A stretch of 64,000 bases of DNA from an uncultured Planctomycetaceae bacterium (lineage in GTDB: Bacteria > Planctomycetota > Planctomycetia > Pirellulales > PALSA-1355), in the NCBI GenBank assembly GCA_963785305.1, contig CAWAUV010000008.1, positions 1,184,001 to 1,248,000 of the forward strand, in the 5' to 3' direction. Below are positions 33,130 through 44,019 of this stretch, one piece after another; position 1 is the stretch's first letter, and each line of letters begins with the position of its first letter. The notes below the pieces were generated by a model. It did no database searches and was not told where the DNA came from. It saw only the letters and a list, made by a program, of their open reading frames with translations. Made by a program: the position numbers and the translations under genes.

Positions 33130-34053
33130 ATGTCTCAAAAGTCTTTGTCTGGCGCCGCGAATCACGCCGATCCCGGTCGCCGCGTGACGCTCGCCCTGGT
33201 GCAAGCCACCGGCGACGCGGCCAAGGAAGCCAACCTCGCGAAAACCCTCGAGCGGATCGAGGAAGCCGCGGGCCACGGGGCGCGGATCATCTGCCTGCAA
33301 GAACTGTTCGCCGGCCGATATCCCTGCCAGTCGGAAGATTTCAGCCGCTTCGACGACGCCGAGCCGATTCCCGGCCCCACCAGCCAAGCCCTGGCCGATG
33401 CGGCAAGACGCCATGGAGTAGTGATCGTGGGATCGATCTTCGAGCGTCGCGCTCCCGGGCTGTATCACAATACGGCGGTCGTGTTCGACGCCGATGGCGC
33501 GGTCGCCGGCATGTATCGCAAGATGCACATTCCCGACGACCCGCTCTATTACGAGAAGTTTTACTTCACGCCGGGCGATTTGGGCTTTCGCGCGTTTGAC
33601 ACTCGCTTTGGCCGCGTGGGCGTGTGCGTGTGCTGGGACCAATGGTTTCCCGAGGCGGCTCGGCTCACGGCGATGGCTGGCGCGGAGCTGATTGTCTATC
33701 CCACCGCGATCGGCTGGATGCCAGGCGACCGACATAAGCAAGGTCCAGCCCAGCATTCGGCGTGGGAAACCATGATGCGCGGCCACGCGATCGCCAACGG
33801 TGTGTTCGTCGCCGCCACGAATCGCACCGGGCGCGAAGACGAGCTCCAGTTCTGGGGCGCGTCGTTTGTCGCCGATCCGAGCGGAGTCGTGTTGGCCCGG
33901 GCCACGCACGACGAAGAACAAACGCTACTTGTTGATTGTGATTTCAATTCGATCGACAGCGTGCGCACGCATTGGCCCTTCTTGCGCGACCGCCGCATCG
34001 ATGCCTACGGTTCGCTGACCCGCCGCTATCTCGATTCGCCGGACAACCATTAA
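33130..34053 (+). CDS. aguB: Carbon-nitrogen hydrolase, N-carbamoylputrescine amidohydrolase-like
   Basis: CLQELF, YRKMHIPDDPLYYEKFYFTPGD, VCWDQWFPEAAR (E-K-C triad); precedes agmatine deiminase. Confidence 0.88.
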   Translation: MSQKSLSGAANHADPGRRVTLALVQATGDAAKEANLAKTLERIEEAAGHGARIICLQELFAGRYPCQSEDFSRFDDAEPIPGPTSQALADAARRHGVVIVGSIFERRAPGLYHNTAVVFDADGAVAGMYRKMHIPDDPLYYEKFYFTPGDLGFRAFDTRFGRVGVCVCWDQWFPEAARLTAMAGAELIVYPTAIGWMPGDRHKQGPAQHSAWETMMRGHAIANGVFVAATNRTGREDELQFWGASFVADPSGVVLARATHDEEQTLLVDCDFNSIDSVRTHWPFLRDRRIDAYGSLTRRYLDSPDNH

Positions 34054-35147
34054 TGTCGCCCGACCCCGCATCAAGAGACGTGAGCGGTTCGCCTGGCGCC
34101 CATCGCCGGCGGCGCTCGGCTACCGCTGGCCGGCCGAATGGGCGCCGCACTCGGCCACCTGGCTCTCGTGGCCGCGGCGCCGCGCCACATGGCCGAATCG
34201 ATTCGCGCCGATTCCCGGAGTCTGGGCTCGGTTGACACGCACACTGGCCGAATTCGAGCCGGTGCATATTCTCGCTGGCGGCGAGGCGGTGATGGCCGAG
34301 GCCCGCGAGCTAGTGGGAAATGTGAGGAATGTGACACTGCATGATGTGTCGACCAATGACGCTTGGACGCGCGATCACGGGCCGATGTTTCTACGTGGCC
34401 CGGCCGCGGCGCCCGCCGACGAGCATTTGGCGCTCGTCGACTGGGACTTCAACGCGTGGGGTCGCAAGTATTCGCCCTTCGACGATGATAATGCCGTTCC
34501 GCGGCGCGTGGCCGAGTTGCTTGCGCGCGGCGCTTTACGCCGGGCATCGTGCTGGAGGGCGGCGCGGTCGACGGCAACGGCGCCGGCACGCTGCTCACCA
34601 CCGAAACCTGCCTACTGAACCCAAACCGCAATCCCTCTCTTTCGCGAAGCGAGATCGAGCGATATCTTGGCGATTATCTCGGGGCGCGCAAGGTGCTTTG
34701 GCTCTCCGGCGAAATCGTGGGCGACGACACCGATGGCCATGTCGATGAACTCGCGCGATTCGTCGGCCCGACCACCGTGCTTGCCGCTTATGAGCCGGAC
34801 CCGACCGATGAAAATCATGCCCCGCTCGCCGGCAACTTGGCGCGTTTCGCGCCATGACCGACGCCGATGGCCGGCCGCTCGAAGTGATTCCAGTGCGATT
34901 GCCGCGGGCGATTCGTAGCGGGAGCCAGCGAGCGCCGGCCAGTTACATGAATTTCTACGTCGCGAATGGGCTCGTCGTTGTGCCGGTGTTCGACGATCCG
35001 GCCGACGCCGAAGCGCTCGCCACGTTGGCCGGCGCGTTTCCCGATCACGAGATCCGCGGGCTCGACGCGCGCGACTTGGTATGGGGACGCGGCGGCTTCC
35101 ACTGCATCACGCAGCAGCAACCGAGCGTCGAGGAGCGGGGGCGATGA
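34053..35147 (+). CDS. aguA: Agmatine deiminase family protein (several frameshifts)
   Basis: NDAWTRDHGP, FNAWGRKY, LEGGAVDGNGAGTLLTTE, DDTDGHVD, ASYMNFY and GGFHCITQQQP across frames; TAATG coupling with aguB. Confidence 0.88.
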
Positions 35148-35208
35148 GGCCCGCGTAACCCCAAGGGATGTTGCCGATGCGAGTGAATCGCGAGGCGATA
35201 GGCGGAAT

Positions 35209-36033
35209 TCAAACACCGGCGGCGTGCGCCGCGGCCTTCAGATTGTGGATGCTTTCGCGAGCCAGCCGCTCGGGGCCGGGCGAATAATCGAACACTTCGA
35301 CCGATACCCAGTCGTGATAATCGCTCTTGGCCAGCGCGGCCATGATCGGCTCGAACTCAAGCTCACCCATGCCGGGTCCGCGGCGGTTGGGATCGTTGGC
35401 ATGAAAATGCACGAGGTGGCGCCGATGTCGCTCGATGATTTCGGGAATCGTCGCTTGTTCGCTGGCCATCGCCTTGCAATCCAGGTGCAAGCGAATCCAG
35501 GGCGAGGCGAGCGCGTCGATCATGGTTTCGGCCTCGGCGGCGGTGTTGAGAAAATTGCCTTCGCTGGGCCCGAGCGGCTCGAGGGCGAGCGTCACCCGGG
35601 TCGCTTCGAGCACCGGGGCAAGTTGCTCGAACGCCTCGATCGCATAGCCAAATCCCTCGGCGGGCGAGACCTCGCCGCCAGATTTCGCTGCTGAGGCGAA
35701 CCGAACACCAGAATCGAGCCGCCCAGATCGCGACACCAGCCGCGCGAGATCGGCGAAATATTCGGCGGTGCGGCGGCGCGTCGCGGAATCGCGCGTGGTG
35801 AGATGCAGGCCGGTGGTCTTGGCGAGCAGCCAGTGAAGACCGACCACCTCGAGCCCCGCGACGGCGGCGGCACGGCGCGTGGCGGCTTGCATTGCCGGAG
35901 TGATTTGCCGCGCATCGGCGGCGAGCGTGAAGGGCGCGATTTCGAGGCCCGAGTAGCCGCAGCTCGCGGCGAAGTCGCAAGCTCGCTCGAGCGGCCAGTC
36001 GACGAACGTTTCGTTGCAGATGGCGTATTTCAT
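35209..36033 (-). CDS. Sugar phosphate isomerase/epimerase (xylose isomerase-like TIM barrel), compensated frameshifts
   Basis: MKYAICNETF, GLEIAPFT, GLHWLL, LEPL, LHLDCKAM, HFHANDPNRRGPG, VSVEVF. Confidence 0.85.
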   Translation of the reverse strand: MKYAICNETFVDWPLERACDFAASCGYSGLEIAPFTLAADARQITPAMQAATRRAAAVAGLEVVGLHWLLAKTTGLHLTTRDSATRRRTAEYFADLARLVSRSGRLDSGVRFASAAKSGGEVSPAEGFGYAIEAFEQLAPVLEATRVTLALEPLGPSEGNFLNTAAEAETMIDALASPWIRLHLDCKAMASEQATIPEIIERHRRHLVHFHANDPNRRGPGMGELEFEPIMAALAKSDYHDWVSVEVFDYSPGPERLARESIHNLKAAAHAAGV

Positions 36034-36161
36034 GATCGCGCGGAAGTGAGTGCGGAAAGACGGCGGGCGAACAGCAAGGCGCACAGTTTCCGCTATTTCA
36101 CGACCAGCGGCAAGTTCGCCGCGCGATCGTAGTCGTTTTTCCGGCGAGCGGTCGCTGGCGA

Positions 36162-36738
36162 TCAATCGCCGTGTTTTTGCCGCAATCGCGAGCTGGCGCG
36201 GAGCACCCATTCGGCGCGTTCGAATTCATCGAGCCAGTCTTGCACGACCGCCGCGGTCAGATCGCTCGATGGCGCTCCGATGCCGGTCGAACACGACGCG
36301 CCGGTGGGGCTCGGGCCCGCGAGTCCGGCGACCACTTGGCGGTATTTGGCCAAGGTGCGTTCGCCATAGCGGCTGACCTCGAATCCGTCTTCGCTCAGAA
36401 AGAGCAGCATCGGCACTCGCTTGCCGCCACACATTTGCAACCGCTCGGCCAGATCGCTGTCGGCGTCGCGATCGAAAAATCGCAGGTCGATCACTGGCGC
36501 GGCGGCGGCGAAGTGGACGAAGATCGGGCACTGGGTCGCGCAGTCGCCGCACCAAGCGCCGGCCAGACAAAGCACCGGCATCGCGCAGCGTGAAGCGACC
36601 GAGCAACTCGCGCTGCGCCGCGGTGAGTGTCACGCGACCTTGAAAATCGCTCCAGCGGCGGCGATGCTCATCGCTCCCATGGCGGGCGAGAAACTCATCG
36701 TACTTGAGCCCAGACGCGAATTTGGTCAGATAATCCAT
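36162..36738 (-). CDS. Thioredoxin family protein (frameshift near 36585)
   Basis: WCGDC motif, GGKRVP cis-Pro loop, YGERTL. Confidence 0.85.
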
Positions 36739-36820
36739 CGAACAAACGCTTTCTGTTTTTTTGTCGCTCTCGTGTGAGCGTGTGATGAATCGGCGCGGAG
36801 TCGCGAGCCGCGGGCCGACG

Positions 36821-37459
36821 CTACGATCGGGCTCGGGCGCCGGCTGTCGGCGACGTGACGCGTCGCGGGGTGTGGAAGGCGCGCACATCGACGATATCGG
36901 TCACTCCGGCGCGGCGGGCCGCTTCGATGCCCGGATCGACATCTTCGTAAATGCGGCATGCCCGAGGATCGACGCCCAATCTCCGAGCCGCTTCCAAGAA
37001 TACATCGGGATGCGGTTTGTGGAGCGCGGTGTCTTCGCTCGTGACCTCGGTGTCGAAAAAACCAGCCAAGCCGATATGAGTCAAGATTTTTTCAAGCACC
37101 GGCCGCGTGGCGCCCGAGGCGACCGCCAGCGGCAGCTTGCCGCGATGCGCCCGGGCCACGGCCACCACCGGCTCGATCGGCCGCACATGGTCGAGCATTT
37201 CAAGGAAGGCGTTTTCCTTGAACATGGCGATCGTGTCGACATCGAGCGAGCGGCCGGTCTCGCGGGCCAGAAGCTCGATCATGGTCCGGGTGGGCCAGCC
37301 GCCGAGCACATAGAACCGATCTTCGCTCAGTTCGAGATCGTAGCGCCGCGCGGTTTCGGCCCACGCTTGGTAATGCAGCGGCATCGTGTCGGCCAAGGTG
37401 CCGTCGCAGTCGAAGATAATGGCCTGGGGCAGCGAAGTCGCGGGTCGATCGTTATTCAT
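36821..37459 (-). CDS. HAD-family phosphatase (beta-PGM/YqaB-like)
   Basis: IIFDCDGTLADTMPLH, AVASG, HKPHPDVFL, YEDVDPGIEAA. Confidence 0.92.
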   Translation of the reverse strand: MNNDRPATSLPQAIIFDCDGTLADTMPLHYQAWAETARRYDLELSEDRFYVLGGWPTRTMIELLARETGRSLDVDTIAMFKENAFLEMLDHVRPIEPVVAVARAHRGKLPLAVASGATRPVLEKILTHIGLAGFFDTEVTSEDTALHKPHPDVFLEAARRLGVDPRACRIYEDVDPGIEAARRAGVTDIVDVRAFHTPRRVTSPTAGARARS

Positions 37460-37619
37460 GCGACCAGTATAACGCCCGAGCCTCCGCGGCCGGAAGCCTT
37501 ACCGAGCGGGGCGCCACATCCGCCGATCATCGCGTTAAGGCAGATGGTTCTTCGCGCGGAGAAACCTCGGCGTACGCTGCCCGTGCCCGCTCGCGCCAAG
37601 CTAAAAAACCGCCGCCTCT

Positions 37620-37905
37620 CCGGCGACGAACTGCTTGATTCCATCGCCAAGCGATTCGACATAGGATGACACTGCCGGTCGCGAGTAGCGACCATCCTTA
37701 GATACGTCGCGTTGGCGAACGAAAGCCCCAGGCCGGTCCAAAGCGCCACGAGCGAAGCGACACACGCCGGACATTTGGGCATTGCGACCCAAAGGCCCAG
37801 CGACAGCGCGCCGGTGAGCATGTCCCAACCGTGTCGTGATCGCGAATGTCGCGGCGCCCGATCGGATCGGCAGCAGTGCGCTACTGGCAATCTTTGTGAC
37901 AGCAT
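37620..37905 (-). CDS. Small Cys-containing membrane protein following DUF899 (3' end uncertain)
   Basis: LWVAMPKCPACVASLVALWTGLGLSF; start overlaps the DUF899 3' end. Confidence 0.5.
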
Positions 37906-38645
37906 GTCGCCGCGCCTTGCGCCGAGGGAGCATATTTGTCGTGATGCCGCACCCATTGCATCGGTGGGTTTAGATTGTCCTCATCGCGTCCCTTCGGCGC
38001 GAGGTCGAGCAGTGCATAGGTTCCCACCATCGCCTCGAGCCCGCGGGCAAAAGTCGAATAGGTGTGGAACACGTCGCCGCTAGCGTCCTTGTGGAAGTAG
38101 CTGAGGCCGGGACATTCCTCGCCATGTGTCGGCGAACTGCCGAAGTTGTAGATGTTCGCGCCGCCGGCAACTTCTTCTTGGCTAAACAACACGCCGAAAT
38201 CGCGATTAAAATCGCAATCGCCCGACGAGACCCAGGTGAATCGCCAGCCCATGCGGAGTTGAAACGCGGTCAGCTTCTCCAGCGGCGCCCGCGACACGAG
38301 CACCAGCGACACATCGCGAGCCGCCAGATGTTCGATGGCGCCACTGATGTGATCCATCAAATACGAACAGCCCGGGCAGCCCTCTTCCCAGTCGGGACCG
38401 AACATGAAGTGATACGTCGCGAGTTGGCCGCGGCCGGCGAACAGGTCGGCGAGGCTCGGTTTACCTTTCGCTCCCGTGAACACGTAGGACTTCTCGACCC
38501 GAGTCCAAGGCAACTCGCGTCGCTCTCGGGCCAGAAGGTCGTTCTGCCGCGTGAGCGCTTTCTCTTTCGCGAGGAACGCCTCGCGAGCCCGAAGCCATTC
38601 CGTTTTGGAAACGATTCGCGGATGGTGTGGCGCCATGGATGCCAT
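37881..38645 (-). CDS. DUF899 thioredoxin-like protein
   Basis: LARERRELPW, YHFMFGPDWEEGCPGCS, FHTYSTFARG, LDLAPKGRDE, WVRHHDKY. Confidence 0.92.
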   Translation of the reverse strand: MASMAPHHPRIVSKTEWLRAREAFLAKEKALTRQNDLLARERRELPWTRVEKSYVFTGAKGKPSLADLFAGRGQLATYHFMFGPDWEEGCPGCSYLMDHISGAIEHLAARDVSLVLVSRAPLEKLTAFQLRMGWRFTWVSSGDCDFNRDFGVLFSQEEVAGGANIYNFGSSPTHGEECPGLSYFHKDASGDVFHTYSTFARGLEAMVGTYALLDLAPKGRDEDNLNPPMQWVRHHDKYAPSAQGAATCCHKDCQ

Positions 38646-38716
38646 GCGCGGAACTCCGATGAATAGGTTGGTTTTCTTCGTGCGGTAAAAAGAAGCGAGG
38701 CCGCGAGCGGCAACGA

Positions 38717-39187
38717 CTATTTTTCGCGCTCCGACGTTTTGCGCTCAGCTCGCTGGCGAATTCTATCGGCCCAATGGGCCCAGCCCTTGGGCATGCCATC
38801 GCGAAGTTCGGGCAGAATCAATCCCATGCCGCGATGCAGAAAAGCGAGCTGAGTCCCGCTCCCTTGAGCCGTAAAGCGATACTGAACATGATTGATGGCC
38901 GGATACGACATCATCAGCGGTCCCTGAATTTCGAGCAGGCTGGGCGGCTTGATAACCTGCACATTTCCCCAAAGATGGCCGGCGCCGTTTCCTAGATCGC
39001 GAAACCATCGTCCACCGGGCCAGGCTTCGAGTTTGAGGGGCATCGCGCGGCCGTCCATCATTTGCGCTTCGGGACCAAGTTCCTCGAGCATCGCCTCGAA
39101 GGCGATCTCGATCGGCGCCGCAATGTCGAGCGACTTACGAATCTCGACGGTTTCAATCGTCGACTTCGTTTGAACGTCGGTTGTCAT
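38717..39187 (-). CDS. SRPBCC/AHSA1-like domain protein
   Basis: LDIAAPIEIAFEA, LEAWPGGRWFRDLG, IKPPSLLE, GWAHW; ATGA overlap with ArsR. Confidence 0.85.
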   Translation of the reverse strand: MTTDVQTKSTIETVEIRKSLDIAAPIEIAFEAMLEELGPEAQMMDGRAMPLKLEAWPGGRWFRDLGNGAGHLWGNVQVIKPPSLLEIQGPLMMSYPAINHVQYRFTAQGSGTQLAFLHRGMGLILPELRDGMPKGWAHWADRIRQRAERKTSEREK

Positions 39188-39561
39188 GAAGTTCCTTTCT
39201 TGTTGTCGACAGAGCTGGAGGGTTGCGAGCGGGCGCGGGCACGCTGCTCGGCCCGGGCTTGAATGCGAGTGAGTTGACGGTCCCAATGCTGTTCAAACGC
39301 TTGGATCCAGTCGTGGACGGGCCGCAGATTGTGGAAATTCAGGGCATATTCGCGCTTTTGGCCGAGTTTGGTGACGGAAACGATGCCGACCTCGCGCAAT
39401 ACCCCCAAATGCTTCGAGATGACCGGCTGAGGCAGTCCCAGGGCGAGCACGATGGCGCCGACGGCCAAATTGCCGCGCCGCGCGAGGAGCTCGATAATCT
39501 GCCGCCGCCGCGGCTCGGCGATGGCGCTGAAGGCGTCGGAAGTGGCGAGTCGTCGTGACAT
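39184..39561 (-). CDS. ArsR/SmtB-family transcriptional regulator
   Basis: DAFSAIAEPRRRQIIELL, QPVISKHLGVLREVGIV, WDRQL. Confidence 0.92.
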   Translation of the reverse strand: MSRRLATSDAFSAIAEPRRRQIIELLARRGNLAVGAIVLALGLPQPVISKHLGVLREVGIVSVTKLGQKREYALNFHNLRPVHDWIQAFEQHWDRQLTRIQARAEQRARARSQPSSSVDNKKGTS

Positions 39562-39567
39562 GCCGGC

Positions 39568-39595
39568 AGTATATTCCCAATACGGAATATGTCAA
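39568..39595 (-). promoter_or_regulatory. sigma70 promoter with overlapping palindromic operator for the ArsR operon
   Basis: TTGACA-N16-TATACT; inverted repeat ATATTCC-N6-GGAATAT (39571-39590) between the hexamers; ATG 6 nt after the -10. Confidence 0.8.
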
Positions 39596-39699
39596 GTCCG
39601 GCAATCACCTCGACGGAAGCGAGGGACTTCGACCATCAAACCACGAAACTTCCGCGTGTCGTTCGCGGTGAATCCGCTTCGCATCGCGCAGGGCGCCGC

Positions 39700-41209
39700 T
39701 CAATCGTCTGCTTTGTCGTTGTCCTTGATGACGAAACGCGCCTTGAGATGCGCGACCGTGGTGGCCAAGTCGGCCGCCTCCACGCTTCGCACCACTTCGG
39801 CGAAATCCTTGTACGCCGCCGGAGCCTCATCCTTTGGATACATGCGGCAGTTCGAGAGGATATCGTGCGCTTCGAGATCGCGATCGACCGTGGTTTGGTC
39901 CAAGCGGCGCATCGCGTCCTTGCGTCCCATCCGGCGGCCCGCGCCGTGGTTCACGCTGTAACAGCTCTTCTTCGCCCCCGCGTTGGCCACCATCACCACC
40001 GAGCCGTCGCGCGGATTGCCAGGCAACAGAATCGGATGGCCGGTCTCGGCAAACGGGGTGTCGGCCAGCGCCGGGTGTCGGGCTGGAAATGCGCGCGTCG
40101 CTCCCTTGCGATGCACCCAGGCCGAACGGTTGTCGACGATTTCTTGCCGCGCGATGTTGTGGCTGATGAAGTACACGAGCTCGCCTCGAACGCCCGGCAG
40201 CACTTCTTGAAACGCCTCGAGCACCAGCGCATTGATTAGCATGTGGTTCACGGTGGCGAAATTGGCGCCCAGGCTCATATCGTCGATATACGCGTCGGCT
40301 TCCATCGAGCCGAGTGGCGCGTAGACCAGTTCACGGTCGCCGCCGGGCAGCGGGATGTTCCAAGCCGCGAACTTTTGCTGCAAGCCGCGGAACTGGCCGG
40401 TGGCGAGCACATTGCCAAGCCCGCGCGAGCCGCAGTGTGAAAGAAACGCCACGCAACCGTCGCGCAGCCCGAACACTTCGGCCGCGCAACGCGCGCCGCC
40501 GCCGTCGGCCAAGCGGACGATTTCGCATTCGCCGAAATGATTTCCGCCGCCGTAAGAGCCAAGCTGACCAACTTTGTCGTCGAAGTTACGAATGGCATTG
40601 GCCGCGAGAAGCCGGTCGAGCCGCAACTCGAGCGTGTCGCGAGCGCCGTCATGCCCGCGATGAAAGGCGTCTTCGCAACGATCGGCCCAGTGCGGCGGAA
40701 TACCGAGCGCTTCGCACACTTCGCGCGAGGCGCCTTCGATCGTCGCCCGCCGGCCATCCAGCGGGGGAATACGGCGAGACTTCTTGACCGAACGTTGGCC
40801 ACGGCCGGCGCCGGTGGGAACCCGGGCCACGATGGCATCGATCAGTTCGCGGCGCACGCGGCGATCGGCCACGGCGTCGGCCGGCGCATCGAGTTGCAAG
40901 AGGCTCATCGAACACTTGATGTCGACGCCGACCGGGCCAGGATAAATATGGGTGGGCGAGACCATCACGCAGCCGATCGGGGCGCCGTAGCCGCAGTGCG
41001 CAGTCGGGATTGAGCACCAGATCGGTCACGCCGGGGGCTTGGCGCGAATTGAGCGCTTGACGCAAACAAAGGGCGTCGAATGAATCGCGAATCGCTTCGG
41101 TTCCGATCACGGTGATCGGTTTGCCGCGGTTGTCGGCAATCGGCAGCATTCCGGTCGCTTCGCCGGTGGCCAGAATTGCGGTTTTGCCAAGTGAATCGTC
41201 GTGGGTCAT
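39700..41209 (-). CDS. rtcB: RtcB-family RNA ligase (frameshift near 41003)
   Basis: PDAHCGYGAPIG after removing one base; VGVDIKC, GGGNHF, HCGSRG, SHN, HRKGAT, HGAGR, DEAPAAYKD. Confidence 0.92.
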
Positions 41210-41416
41210 GGCTCGGTAACTCGAGAAGGGAATAGACGTGACACGACTCAAGACACATCGTAGCGAAATCGGTTCGGCCCCGGGAAGAGTTGCGTCCGCG
41301 GGGGCGGACGGCGCCGAGAGCGAGAACTCGAACGCGGCGCGCGCAAAAAGGCGCCGCGACTGACAGTGATCGGTCGCGGCGCCCTACTTATCCGATCAAA
41401 GTGCGCAGTCGAATGC

Positions 41417-41953
41417 TCACTTCGGCGATTCGATCACTTCGGCCTTGTTGATGGTCACCGGCTGGAGTGGCTTGTCGCTGGCATTGGTGCGAACATCGCC
41501 GATCTTTTTCACCACCGCCATGCTGGCTTCGTCGGCCGTCTTGCCAAAGGCCGTGTACTGGTTGTCGAGCGACGGGGTTTTCTCCAAGCAGATGAAGAAC
41601 TGCGAGCCGCCCGAGTTGGGGTCGGAAGTGCGGGCCATGCTCAATATGCCCGGCTCGTGCTTGGTGGAATTGAACTCGGCGGGGATCGTGTAGCCCGGTC
41701 CGCCGGCGCCGGTTCCGTCGGGATCGCCGCCCTGAATCATGAAGCCTTTGATCACGCGGTGAAAGGTCACGCCATCGTAGTAACCGATTTTCGCGAGCGC
41801 GATCATGTTCTTGCAGTGGCCGGGCGCCACTTCCGGCAGCAGATTGAGCGTGATTTTGCCGTAGTTCGTGTCGAGCACGAGCTGGTACTTCTTGGTTTTG
41901 AAGTCAATGGTCTTCGCCACGGCGTCGACTTCGGCCTTGCGATTCTTGGACAT
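41417..41953 (-). CDS. Cyclophilin-type peptidyl-prolyl cis-trans isomerase
   Basis: YYDGVTFHRVIKGFMIQGGDP, LSMARTSDPNSGGSQFFI, LDNQYTAFG. Confidence 0.96.
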   Translation of the reverse strand: MSKNRKAEVDAVAKTIDFKTKKYQLVLDTNYGKITLNLLPEVAPGHCKNMIALAKIGYYDGVTFHRVIKGFMIQGGDPDGTGAGGPGYTIPAEFNSTKHEPGILSMARTSDPNSGGSQFFICLEKTPSLDNQYTAFGKTADEASMAVVKKIGDVRTNASDKPLQPVTINKAEVIESPK

Positions 41954-42285
41954 TAAATGCCTCACGGGGAGAACGGAGAAACCGCCGGCCGCGCAGCCCG
42001 CGGGATCGATGAGAAACAACACCACCAGGCCGGTCGCAATCAGCAAACGTCGGGTTCGTCGCATGGGAAGCTTCCTTGCAAAAGAGAAGAATTTCGGTGC
42101 GAGGGGTTTGCGCTCGGCAGAGCGAGTCGCGATGGCCCTGAGTGTGTTACGATAGTCTCTCCCGGCGGGAAGTGGCAAGGGGCGAATCGGCCACGCAAGC
42201 GATTTTTCCCGGGTTTCGACCGAGGCCGATACCCCGCGCCGCTTGTTCGGCGATTCGAAACGCGGCGCTCATTGAGGACGCATCC

Positions 42286-44019
42286 ATGGACCCTTGGCCG
42301 CAAACCTATGACCCCTTGGGTTCCGCCCCGCTGAGCACATCGTTGGCGGCGCTGCCGATCTCGCTTTTACTAGGGCTCTTGATTCGCGGAGTCTCCGCGC
42401 CGCGCGCTGCGCTTGTAGGTTTGGCGGCGGCGCTTGGAGTGGCGATCTTTGGATTCGGAATGCCGGCGTCGATGGCCGCCGCCGCCGCGGGCTACGGCGC
42501 CTGTTGGGGGCTCGCGCCGATTGGCTGGATCGTCTTCTCGGCCGTGCTGCTATATCACCTCACGGTCGAGTCGGGGCAATTCGATGTGGTGAAGCGTTCG
42601 GTGGCGAGCCTCTCGCCCGATCGCCGCATGCAAGCTCTGCTGATTGCCTTTAGCTTCGGCACATTCATCGAAGGCGCCGCCGGATTCGGCACTCCGGTGG
42701 CGATCTCCGCGGCGCTGATGATCGGGCTCGGCTTCTCGCCGCTCCATGCCGCGGGACTCGCGCTCATCGCCAACACCTCGCCCGTGGCGTTTGGCGGCTT
42801 GGGCACTCCGATCTTCGCCTTGGCCAAGACCTCGGGCCTCGATGAAATGTTGCTCAGCCAAATGGCGGGCCGGCAATTGCCGCTCTTCTCGCTGATCGTG
42901 CCGGCTTGGCTCGTGGCCACGATGTCGGGCTGGCGCGGCGTCGTGGGCTGCTGGCCGGCGATCGTGGTATGCGGTGGCACATTCGCCGGCATTCAATATT
43001 GCCTTTCCAACTTTCACGGGCCGACGCTGGTCGATGTGGTCGGCGGGCTCGTGTCGCTGGGAACCCTGGCCTTGTTTCTCAAGATTTGGCAACCCAAGGA
43101 AGTCTGGCGCTTTCCCGACGAGCCGCCAGCCGACGAACCGCCAGCCGACGAACCGACGTCGCCGGCACACCTCGCGGTTATCGACAGCCAACCTGGCCCA
43201 GCGCCCTTGTGCGCCGGCGCGGTGATCCATGCCTGGATGCCTTGGGTGTTTCTTTCGACGTTTGTGTTCTTTTGGGGTTGGCCCTTGGTGAAGCAAGCGC
43301 TCAACGGTGGCCCGCCCGACCGGCCCAATGTCTTGGCAGGGCGCTCGGTCGTGTCGATTCCAATTCCGGGGCTGGACAATCGCGTGTATCGCACGCCGCC
43401 CGTGGCGCCGATTTCGCAAGGCGACCCGCGCGAGCACACGGAGAAGGCGGTCTACGAACTCAACTGGCTCTCGATGACCGGCACGAGCATTTTTCTCGCG
43501 GCGATCGTGTCGTCGGCGTGGCTAGGAATTGGGCCCATGCGATTCGCCCGGCAATGCTGGGCGACGCTGGTGGCGATGCGCTACGCGCTGCTGACGATCG
43601 CGGCGATGTTGGCCTTGGCCTTCGTCACTCGCTATTGCGGCGGCGACGCCACGCTCGGGCTCGCGTTTACCCACAGCGGCTGGGCCTACCCGTTCTTCGC
43701 GCCGCTCTTGGGTTGGCTCGGCGTGGCGCTGACCGGCTCCGACACTTCGAGCAACGCGCTCTTCGGCAGCCTGCAACGCATCACGGCCGAACAACTGGGG
43801 CTGCCGCCGGTTTTGATCGTGGCCTCGAACAGCACCGGCGGCGTGATGGGCAAAATGATCGATGCCCAGAGTATCGTGGTGGCGGCCGTGGCGACCAATC
43901 AAAACGGTGGCGAAGGGCGCATTCTCCGGTTCGTATTCCTGCATAGCGTGGCGCTGGCGACGCTGGTCGGACTGCTCACGCTGATTCAAGCCTACTGGGC
44001 GACATGGATGATTCCGTGA
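42286..44019 (+). CDS. lctP: L-lactate permease
   Basis: WPQTYDPLG, FIEGAAGFGTPVAI, ANTSPVAFGGLG, LTGSDTSSNALFG, GGVMGKMIDAQSI. Confidence 0.95.
   Translation: MDPWPQTYDPLGSAPLSTSLAALPISLLLGLLIRGVSAPRAALVGLAAALGVAIFGFGMPASMAAAAAGYGACWGLAPIGWIVFSAVLLYHLTVESGQFDVVKRSVASLSPDRRMQALLIAFSFGTFIEGAAGFGTPVAISAALMIGLGFSPLHAAGLALIANTSPVAFGGLGTPIFALAKTSGLDEMLLSQMAGRQLPLFSLIVPAWLVATMSGWRGVVGCWPAIVVCGGTFAGIQYCLSNFHGPTLVDVVGGLVSLGTLALFLKIWQPKEVWRFPDEPPADEPPADEPTSPAHLAVIDSQPGPAPLCAGAVIHAWMPWVFLSTFVFFWGWPLVKQALNGGPPDRPNVLAGRSVVSIPIPGLDNRVYRTPPVAPISQGDPREHTEKAVYELNWLSMTGTSIFLAAIVSSAWLGIGPMRFARQCWATLVAMRYALLTIAAMLALAFVTRYCGGDATLGLAFTHSGWAYPFFAPLLGWLGVALTGSDTSSNALFGSLQRITAEQLGLPPVLIVASNSTGGVMGKMIDAQSIVVAAVATNQNGGEGRILRFVFLHSVALATLVGLLTLIQAYWATWMIP

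Noticed and set aside
43114..43158. 15-bp tandem repeat in lctP (DEPPA)
   Set aside because: In-frame loop expansion with no spacers; not CRISPR or a phase-variation tract.
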